Shown here piece by piece: positions 57,809 through 64,000 of a stretch of DNA of 64,000 nt (the first letter of the stretch is position 1; the number at the start of each line of letters is the position of its first letter). The stretch spans positions 70,843 to 134,842 of the forward strand of contig LBOW01000002.1 in the NCBI GenBank assembly GCA_000989765.1. Direction: 5' to 3'. The DNA is from Candidatus Woesebacteria bacterium GW2011_GWB1_33_22. GTDB taxonomy: Bacteria; Patescibacteriota; Microgenomatia; UBA8517. A program made the translations under genes and the position numbers. Below the pieces are notes generated by a model, which saw only the letters and a list, made by a program, of their open reading frames with translations, did not search any database and was not told the DNA's origin.

Positions 57809-58432
57809 ATGACTTTAATTTGGATTTTGGCCTTTGTTGTTGCTATTACAATTCATGAAGCTTCTCATGCTTACATGGCAGACAGATTGGGTGATCCAAC
57901 AGCAAGATTAATGGGCAGACTTTCTTTAAATCCTTTAGTTCATTATGATCCAATTGGAACCACACTTCTTTTAATTCTTTCAATAATGAGGTCTTTGGGA
58001 GCTCCAGTTATTCCTTTTGGCTGGGCAAAACCTGTGGAAGTTGATCAATACAATTTAAAAAACCCAAGAAGGGACTCTGCTATAATTTCTTTTGCAGGCC
58101 CTGCTTCAAACTTGATTCTGGCCTTAACTCTTTCAATTATTGCCAGATTTATACCGATTTTTGCCATAATTGCAGTTCCGTTTGTAATTTTAAACGTTTC
58201 ACTAGCTATTTTTAATCTAATTCCAATCCATCCTTTAGATGGAGGTAAAATATTAGTAGGAATACTTCCAAAACAATATGCATACCAAACTGAATCCTTT
58301 TTAAATAGATTTGGAACAATTATTTTAATTTTATTAATTTTGCCCTCGTTTGGAGGTTCATCTTTTGTGTCTTCCATAATTTCTCCAGTTATTAATTTAT
58401 TTCTTAAAATATTACTTCCAAATTTGATATAA
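57809..58432 (+). CDS. site-2 protease-family (M50) membrane metalloprotease
   Basis: HEASHA motif in a TM segment; multiple TM helices. Confidence 0.7.
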   Translation: MTLIWILAFVVAITIHEASHAYMADRLGDPTARLMGRLSLNPLVHYDPIGTTLLLILSIMRSLGAPVIPFGWAKPVEVDQYNLKNPRRDSAIISFAGPASNLILALTLSIIARFIPIFAIIAVPFVILNVSLAIFNLIPIHPLDGGKILVGILPKQYAYQTESFLNRFGTIILILLILPSFGGSSFVSSIISPVINLFLKILLPNLI

Positions 58433-58433
58433 T
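58424..58433 (+). promoter_or_regulatory. TTGATATAAT consensus promoter
   Basis: Identical core to the promoters of the tRNA genes. Would start a transcript at about 58440. Confidence 0.45.
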
Positions 58434-58591
58434 ATATTTGGTCCTGTTTGATTAGAGTTGAGGTCAGATTTTCCTGACTAAATCGTTGAATTGGGAGAAC
58501 AGTTTCTAGGGTTATAATGATTTTAGATAGTTCACCCACCTGGAGTAATTCAGGAAATTCACCGAGGCTCTTTTCTTACAGGGCCATTTTT

Positions 58592-58601
58592 TTGATATAA
58601 T
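58592..58601 (+). promoter_or_regulatory. TTGATATAAT promoter of tRNA-Thr
   Basis: The -10 lies 8 nt upstream of the tRNA 5' end. Confidence 0.6.
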
Positions 58602-58609
58602 ACCTCTAC

Positions 58610-58681
58610 GCCTCCTTAGCTCAATGGTAGAGCAACGGTTTTGTAAACCGTCGACGACCGTTCGATTTCGGTCAGGAGGCT
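58610..58681 (+). tRNA. tRNA-Thr(TGT)
   Basis: Acceptor GCCTCCT/AGGAGGC, D-arm GCTC-AATGGTA-GAGC, anticodon loop TTTGTAA; CCA not encoded. Confidence 0.7.
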
Positions 58682-58740
58682 CAAATCTTTGGACTTAGTT
58701 AGTATTGACTTCGTGAACAATTCGGTATAAATTTTTATTT

Positions 58741-59529
58741 ATGACCTCTTCAGCTGATGAATTTTATACTGATCCAGAATACAAGAAGAAACAATCGGAG
58801 ATCTCCAAAAGAAATTGGAAAGCAGGTATATATGACAGCAAGATCATTCCTCTAATCAAAAGGCACTGTAAAAATTCAAGCTGTAGCAATGTTTTTTTAG
58901 CGAAACCAAATGATCGTAAAATTTATTGCTCTCAACATTGTTCTGCTCTTGTAAACAACTCGGGAAGAAAAATGTCTGACTTAACTAAAATGAAGATTTC
59001 AAACACTCTAAAGTTATTGCCAATTAGTAAACGGGGAACTCATTTTTCGAAACCAAAAGTCCAAATGAATTGTCTTAATTGTAATAAGACGTTTGAACTA
59101 GTACCGTACTTAGCAAAAAGACAAAAATACTGCAGTATTCACTGTAATATCGTCAGACTTGGTAGAAAAACTACCTCACCAAAAGCTTCTAAAGGTAAAA
59201 ACGGAGTTAGAAACGATATTAGTCCGAACATTAATTTTTACAGTACATGGGAAGCGAATATTGCCAGGGTTTATAACTTAGTAGGATTGCAGTGGCAATA
59301 CTCCCCTACAATTTTTGACTTAGGAGAACATACCTACAGACCGGATTTTTACTTACCCAACTTTGATACTTATGTAGAAATCAAAAACTATCTTGGTGGT
59401 TATTCTTTGATGAGAGATACTCTTTTTAGACAAAAATACCCAGATATCAAACTAGAATTAATACTTAAGAAACATTACATTAATATAAAGAAAAACTATA
59501 AAGACCTGGTAGATAAGTGGGAGTATTGA
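58741..59529 (+). CDS. protein with two Cys4 zinc ribbons and a C-terminal PD-(D/E)xK nuclease-like domain
   Basis: Two repeats of CxNxxCxN...YCSxHC; C-terminal ...E...PDFYL...YVEIK. Confidence 0.5.
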   Translation: MTSSADEFYTDPEYKKKQSEISKRNWKAGIYDSKIIPLIKRHCKNSSCSNVFLAKPNDRKIYCSQHCSALVNNSGRKMSDLTKMKISNTLKLLPISKRGTHFSKPKVQMNCLNCNKTFELVPYLAKRQKYCSIHCNIVRLGRKTTSPKASKGKNGVRNDISPNINFYSTWEANIARVYNLVGLQWQYSPTIFDLGEHTYRPDFYLPNFDTYVEIKNYLGGYSLMRDTLFRQKYPDIKLELILKKHYINIKKNYKDLVDKWEY

Positions 59530-59536
59530 TATAATA
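59527..59536 (+). promoter_or_regulatory. TTGATATAAT promoter of tRNA-Tyr
   Basis: Consensus extended -10 about 15 nt upstream of the tRNA. Confidence 0.55.
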
Positions 59537-59551
59537 CAATCTGTATTTTTA

Positions 59552-59634
59552 GCCAAGGTGGTAGAGTGGTCAATTACACGAGTCTGTAGAACTCGCTCCG
59601 AAAGGATACCTAGGTTCGAATCCTAGCCTTGGCA
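59552..59634 (+). tRNA. tRNA-Tyr(GTA), type II
   Basis: Acceptor GCCAAGG/CCTTGGC, anticodon loop CTGTAGA, long variable arm, T-loop TTCGAAT. Confidence 0.75.
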
Positions 59635-59696
59635 CAAAAAATGGCAGATTTTGACTAAAAATACGGGTTAATTCTCGCAAGAAGATAAAAGGGCAA

Positions 59697-59939
59697 TTAC
59701 CTTGGCCACTTAAAATTTTCTTTTAATGCTTTTGTTGTATCCGCATTGTGTTGAACACTTCGAAGAACACCTGATCCTTCCTCTACTTGTTGAGTAACCC
59801 CGACTGCATCTAAGGCATTTTGAATAATTGCCATATGTCCACCCTGATCAGCTATTAATTTACGGAATCGTTCAGAATCTAACTCACCATTCGCTGCAAT
59901 ACCTGCCCTAACATTAGATCCATCTTTTTGCATGACCAC
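59697..59939 (-). CDS. hypothetical 80 aa ORF, possibly a gene fragment
   Basis: ORF with locally higher GC; no recognised domain. Confidence 0.25.
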   Translation of the reverse strand: MVMQKDGSNVRAGIAANGELDSERFRKLIADQGGHMAIIQNALDAVGVTQQVEEGSGVLRSVQHNADTTKALKENFKWPR

Positions 59940-60081
59940 TTTAATATCATCTGAAATTACAACTTGTTGGGTGATAGGTTAATAGTAACCATTATGTTTC
60001 TGAAACCACCTTTCTAGAATTTAAGACTTTTCTGAGGTATTATTGAAACAATTGGCAGAGGCCCGACCATAGTAATAATCT

Positions 60082-61113
60082 ATGGCACAAGTATATTTTA
60101 AAATGAAAACTGCACTTTTTGATTATTCTTTACCCAAAAATTTAATTGCCAATTCCCCCATCTCACCTCGAGATCATTCAAAATTAATGGTAATTGATAG
60201 AAAAAATGAGACTATAGCACACAAACACTTTTATGATTTAGTAGATTTATTAGACAAAAACGATGTTTTAGTTTTAAATAACACCAAAGTTTTTCCAGCA
60301 CGTTTTTTTGGTAAAAAAGAAACGGGTGGAAAGTTGGAAATACTTTTAAATAAATCAGTTGATGATTTTACTTGGGAAGCTCTAACAAAACCTGGTATTA
60401 AAGTGGGTGTAAAAGTTTTATTTAGTGGCTTTAGTGCAGAAGTTATAAAAAGAGATACAGAAATTCACTATTTGAAATTTAATTTAAATAAAAACGACTT
60501 ACTTACAAAACTTACTGAAGTTGGAATAACTCCACTACCTCCATATATCAATCCTCAAGAAAATGAAAATATCTTAAGGAAAGAATACCAAACTGTTTAT
60601 GCCAAAAGTGAAGGTTCAGTTGCAGCTCCAACTGCAGGTTTTCACTTTACAAAAGATTTAATTAAAAAGCTTAAAAAGAAAGGGGTTACCTTTGAATATG
60701 TAACACTCCATGTTGGTCTTGGAACCTTTGCTCCTGTTAAAACTACTAATTTAGAAGATCATAAAATGCATTCAGAAGAGTTCACTGTCTCAAAAGAAAC
60801 AATCAAAAGATTAAAACAAGCAAAAGAAAATAACAAAAGAATAATTTCTGTTGGAACCACATCAACTAGAGTTTTGGAAACTTTAGCTCATAATGATTTT
60901 AAAAATACAGGATCAACAAACATTTTTATTTACCCAGGATATAAATTTAAGTTTATTGACGGCCTTATTACCAACTTTCATCTTCCCAAATCAACTCTTC
61001 TTGCATTAGTTTATACTCTTGGCGGAATTAATCTTATGAAAAAAGCATATAAAGAGGCAATTTTAAAAAATTATCGTTTTTACTCTTTTGGAGATAGTTC
61101 AATTATTCTGTGA
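60082..61113 (+). CDS. queA: S-adenosylmethionine:tRNA ribosyltransferase-isomerase
   Basis: N-terminal FDYSLPKNLIA...SPRDHSKLMV and the conserved QueA core. Confidence 0.85.
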   Translation: MAQVYFKMKTALFDYSLPKNLIANSPISPRDHSKLMVIDRKNETIAHKHFYDLVDLLDKNDVLVLNNTKVFPARFFGKKETGGKLEILLNKSVDDFTWEALTKPGIKVGVKVLFSGFSAEVIKRDTEIHYLKFNLNKNDLLTKLTEVGITPLPPYINPQENENILRKEYQTVYAKSEGSVAAPTAGFHFTKDLIKKLKKKGVTFEYVTLHVGLGTFAPVKTTNLEDHKMHSEEFTVSKETIKRLKQAKENNKRIISVGTTSTRVLETLAHNDFKNTGSTNIFIYPGYKFKFIDGLITNFHLPKSTLLALVYTLGGINLMKKAYKEAILKNYRFYSFGDSSIIL

Positions 61114-61969
61114 AGATTTCAGGTTGACCAATGAGAGGTGTATATGTTTTATACTCTTCTCGTTTAACAAGCTCAGGTCCTTCGAATGTTATTTTGACAA
61201 CTAATCCTTTTTTAGTTTCTTCACTCCACATTTGGTCAAAAACAAAATTACCCAAAGAATAATATATTGGTTTACCTTTATACTCTTCATAGTTTTGCAC
61301 CCAATGGGGATGGTGCCCAATAATTACATCTGCCCCATTTTCTATCATTCGTTTTGCTACTCTAGTCTGTAGACTATTAGCTATCGACCTATATTCCTCC
61401 CCCCAATGCACACCCACAATCAATATATCAATTGCAAGGTCAGACCTTGCAATCTGGGCCAAGTCACTGTCTAAACTACTATATCCAAATGTATAATTAA
61501 AACCCAAGAAACCAAACTTTGTGCCGTTTATTTCTTTGATAACTAAGTTATTCTCCCCCACATAGTCAATCCCCATTTCGCTTAAATATGTTTTAGTTTC
61601 TTCCAAACCTTCTTTTCCATAATTACCTGAATGGTTATTGGCAAGAGTTACAACATCAATACCTGCAAAATTTAATCCCTTTGCAATTTCTGGCGTCGTG
61701 CAAAATGTAAACCCCCCCACATGTCTTTTGCAATCCTTAACAATCGGATTTTCTAAATTAACAAAAGTTATATCTGCACTTTTTAATAAATCTGCAGTTT
61801 TCTTAAATGAGTAAAATGGATCATTATTATCTAAGGTAGCACCCATTACAGACCTTCCAAGCATTATATCCCCTGTAAATAAAATTGTAGTTTGAGGTTT
61901 AGATACATGACTAGAAGGAATTAAAAATAAAAAGAAAGCAAGTATAGAAGAAATAAGCTTATCTATCAT
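61103..61969 (-). CDS. CapA/PgsA-family metallophosphatase-like protein
   Basis: GDIMLGR, NLENP and GHHPHW motifs; contains the ARSDLA palindromic mini-element. Confidence 0.75.
   Translation of the reverse strand: MIDKLISSILAFFLFLIPSSHVSKPQTTILFTGDIMLGRSVMGATLDNNDPFYSFKKTADLLKSADITFVNLENPIVKDCKRHVGGFTFCTTPEIAKGLNFAGIDVVTLANNHSGNYGKEGLEETKTYLSEMGIDYVGENNLVIKEINGTKFGFLGFNYTFGYSSLDSDLAQIARSDLAIDILIVGVHWGEEYRSIANSLQTRVAKRMIENGADVIIGHHPHWVQNYEEYKGKPIYYSLGNFVFDQMWSEETKKGLVVKITFEGPELVKREEYKTYTPLIGQPEIFTE
61431..61453. repeat. palindromic mini-element ATTGCAAGGTCAGACCTTGCAAT (family A) inside the CapA-like gene
   Basis: Encodes QIARSDLAID in-frame. Confidence 0.8.
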
Positions 61970-61977
61970 GATATAAT
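61969..61977 (+). promoter_or_regulatory. TGATATAAT extended -10 promoter upstream of a tRNA-like gene and rpmG
   Basis: Consensus element 14 nt before the tRNA-like sequence. Confidence 0.5.
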
Positions 61978-61990
61978 CATATCACTTTAA

Positions 61991-62062
61991 GCCTAGATAG
62001 CTCAGTTGGTAGAGCGTGCCCATGGTAAGGGTAAGGTCGCCAGTTCAATCCTGGCTCAGAAT
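61991..62062 (+). tRNA. tRNA-Thr(GGT)-like gene whose 3' acceptor strand does not pair with the 5' strand
   Basis: Canonical D-arm (GCTCAGTTGGTAGAGC), anticodon arm (loop ATGGTAA) and T-arm (GCCAG-TTCAATC-CTGGC). But 5' GCCTAGA is followed at the 3' side by TCAGAAT. Confidence 0.45.
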
Positions 62063-62070
62063 TAGTAGGA

Positions 62071-62223
62071 ATGATTTGTTCTACCTGTAAATCACAAAAC
62101 TACGTGACAGACAGAAACAAAGTTAATATGGATTTAAAAGGAAAAGCAAAACTTGAATTAAAAAAATTCTGCCAAACTTGCAAAAAAGTAACTAACCACA
62201 AAGAAACTAGTAAGTTAAAATAA
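62071..62223 (+). CDS. rpmG: 50S ribosomal protein L33 (Cys4 zinc-ribbon form), 50 aa, absent from the ORF track
   Basis: MICSTCKSQNYVTDRNKVNMDLKGKAKLELKKFCQTCKKVTNHKETSKLK. Confidence 0.8.
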   Translation: MICSTCKSQNYVTDRNKVNMDLKGKAKLELKKFCQTCKKVTNHKETSKLK

Positions 62224-62237
62224 CTATATCAAATATT

Positions 62238-62510
62238 ATGGGACTGTTTTCGATAAAAATAGCGACTGCAGAAGACTATACAAAACTACAAGGTGGTATA
62301 CCAGAAGTAAAAATCGAGGATGGGCTTACTGTTGTTACCCATAAATATCCCAAAGGTGAGGGAATGGAGGTTCGAAGTCATATTGACCACGGAACAGTGA
62401 TAATTAATAACACAAAATTTAAGGTGGATTTACTGAGGAAATTTCATGGTGAACCGTGCGAGAAAAATAGTAAACTTGTTGGGGGTAAGGGGTATGATAG
62501 AAAAGACTAG
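62238..62510 (+). CDS. hypothetical protein (90 aa)
   Basis: ORF only. Confidence 0.3.
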   Translation: MGLFSIKIATAEDYTKLQGGIPEVKIEDGLTVVTHKYPKGEGMEVRSHIDHGTVIINNTKFKVDLLRKFHGEPCEKNSKLVGGKGYDRKD

Positions 62511-62712
62511 ATTATAATTTAACTAATTAATCAATCATTTTTTTAGACAAATTTTCTTGTTCTCCTCATCATTATTCCCTCTAATCTTGTAGGGTCCATC
62601 AAACCACCACCTAAAATATTAACAATTTCGTTTCTCAACTTCTCATCTGTCCATTTAATATATTCTGACACTATATGTAGAAATCTTCTCATTTTTTTCC
62701 AAAATTGCAAAT

Positions 62713-63003
62713 TTATAATTCCCTTCCCCTTCTTTCAAACTCAATAATTCGGTCTTCTAATCCTTCTATATGGGCTAGAAATTTATTTCCACCATCACTA
62801 GCCATAAAACCAATCACTCCTCCAGAAGTACAAATATGGTCAGGAAAACTTTTGCTTAGAATTTCTGTTACTCGATGTCTACCATTAATACCAACATCTT
62901 CAGCCACTAAATCTGTATTTAATATTTTTCTTCCCCATGCTCTTTTAATAATAGCTCTTGCAATTTGAAATTTTTGTGAGTCCCTGCGTGGTCCATTTGA
63001 CAT
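62713..63003 (-). CDS. hypothetical protein (96 aa). A 49-aa ORF at 62543..62692 follows in another frame and may be part of the same disrupted gene.
   Basis: ORF; the glycine-rich GGVIGFMASDGG suggests a small nucleotide/phosphate-binding fold. Confidence 0.35.
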   Translation of the reverse strand: MSNGPRRDSQKFQIARAIIKRAWGRKILNTDLVAEDVGINGRHRVTEILSKSFPDHICTSGGVIGFMASDGGNKFLAHIEGLEDRIIEFERRGREL

Positions 63004-63061
63004 ATTTTATTAAGTGGATATTCTATTCTTATAATCCCTCAGAATCAATTAGAAGTTACAT

Positions 63062-63071
63062 TTGATATAAT
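63062..63071 (+). promoter_or_regulatory. TTGATATAAT promoter of tRNA-Trp
   Basis: Consensus element 19 nt upstream of the tRNA. Confidence 0.55.
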
Positions 63072-63089
63072 ACTTAAAGGATATTAGAT

Positions 63090-63160
63090 AAGGTCGTCGT
63101 TCAACGGCAGGACAGCGGTCTCCAAAACCGCTAATGAAAGTTCGACTCTTTCCGACCTTG
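63090..63160 (+). tRNA. tRNA-Trp(CCA)
   Basis: Acceptor AAGGTCG/CGACCTT, anticodon loop CTCCAAA, T-arm GAAAG-TTCGACT-CTTTC. Confidence 0.75.
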
Positions 63161-63449
63161 CAAAGAAGGAAATACGATCAATTAAGGTCCTTTTTAAGTA
63201 CGGTTTTAGTTGGCGAAACCAAAAGGAAGAAAAACAAAAAGACTTAAAATTTTCGACAGCGTCAGCTGTCGCGCGCCCTACTTTTACTTTAATTTGTAAA
63301 GAAAAGTCCTACTTTTATCATATTGCGTGAAGTAAAAAGTTCAACTGAATATAAACATATCAATTTCGCAATAAAAATAATAAAACCAGGATTAATATGT
63401 CGCTACTCTTAGAAATGATTTTAGGAAATTAATAACAATTACTTCGCCA

Positions 63450-63725
63450 TTGTTTGGTTCTCCTCCTGCAAAATTAGTCAAATCTTGGGGTGAAACATAT
63501 AGACAACTTTCTCCAAAAAGTGATTTTCTAAAAAGCGTTGTTCAAATCAAACCGCCTGAAAATAAAGTGTTAAGTATTTTTTCTGAACAAGATATGAAAG
63601 CGCCATTCAAAAATATAGAAACTTTAAATTGGACAGTTATGATGGTCGAATCAAATTCTCATGGACAAATTCATAGTGATTATAAAGTTCTTGAGAAATA
63701 TATAAATAGTGAAATTGGATTGTAA
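63450..63725 (+). CDS. hypothetical protein (91 aa)
   Basis: ORF only. Confidence 0.3.
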   Translation: MFGSPPAKLVKSWGETYRQLSPKSDFLKSVVQIKPPENKVLSIFSEQDMKAPFKNIETLNWTVMMVESNSHGQIHSDYKVLEKYINSEIGL

Positions 63726-64000
63726 TCTTTTAAAGTTCTTAGTTAAAGGCCTTATAACTCCAAGTGGAAAAGATAATCCATTAATCCAATCCTCGATACA
63801 TTGTTTGTTGTATTCAGGTTTATACAAAAGATCGTTGTCAATTAACATTTTTATCTCGTCAGGTGTAAAAAATTTATAGTTATCTATTTCTCCTGCAGTC
63901 GGTTTTATTTTACCGATAGTTATTCTTGCTCTAAATACAAACCCAATTCCTGTTTTTGTACCTCCTCTACCAATTGTATAAATTCCTAAAACATCAATGA
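63651..64000 (-). CDS. hypothetical protein, C-terminal part (gene continues beyond the window end)
   Basis: The frame is open from nt 64000 down to the stop at 63651. Confidence 0.4.
   Translation of the reverse strand, partial: IDVLGIYTIGRGGTKTGIGFVFRARITIGKIKPTAGEIDNYKFFTPDEIKMLIDNDLLYKPEYNKQCIEDWINGLSFPLGVIRPLTKNFKRLQSNFTIYIFLKNFIITMNLSMRI

Noticed and set aside
1-64000. CRISPR arrays
   Set aside because: No array of regularly spaced direct repeats with unique spacers was found. The repeats present are isolated palindromes or short tandem units inside genes.

Overview
A 64 kb window from a low-GC bacterial genome. It looks like a reduced Patescibacteria/CPR-type lineage; this is an inference from the short EF-Ts, split ftcD and dnaX, a truncated RF1-like release factor, inteins in DnaB and in a XerC/D-like recombinase, and many small hypothetical membrane or secreted proteins. 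Standard code 11 fits, and TGA is rarely seen as a stop.

The window runs from the 3' part of gyrA through a dense, mostly minus-strand housekeeping block: YebC, efp, dnaB, hisS, L31, RF1, S18-ssb-S6-ychF, cysS, recR-ybaB-dnaX, ybeY, proS, rseP, frr-tsf-rpsB, ftcD, a thyX/MazG/dNMP-kinase/dCMP-deaminase nucleotide block, topA-dprA, PBP2-mreB, def-fmt and L28. It ends in a tRNA/rpmG region (tRNA-Thr, tRNA-Tyr, a tRNA-Thr-like gene, L33, tRNA-Trp). I also find tRNA-Leu(CAA) and a probable tRNA-His(GTG).

The most notable observations are these:
- Families of GC-rich palindromic 18-25 nt mini-elements and short tandem repeats inserted in-frame into unrelated conserved genes.
- Large LAGLIDADG inteins in DnaB and, unusually, in a tyrosine recombinase.
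- A two-gene cassette of a MerR-type HTH fused to a GHKL (RsbW/SpoIIAB-like) ATPase, plus a DUF4325/STAS-like partner.
- A very strong consensus promoter (TTGATATAAT) in front of the tRNAs and of two candidate small RNAs.
- Recurrent CTAG-rich palindromic intergenic motifs.
- A frameshifted T4 gp1-like dNMP kinase at a (CT)n tract.
- A TGA-interrupted small ORF next to an ORF6N gene.
- A zinc-ribbon plus PD-(D/E)xK nuclease-like gene wedged between tRNA-Thr and tRNA-Tyr.

No CRISPR array and no rRNA were found.
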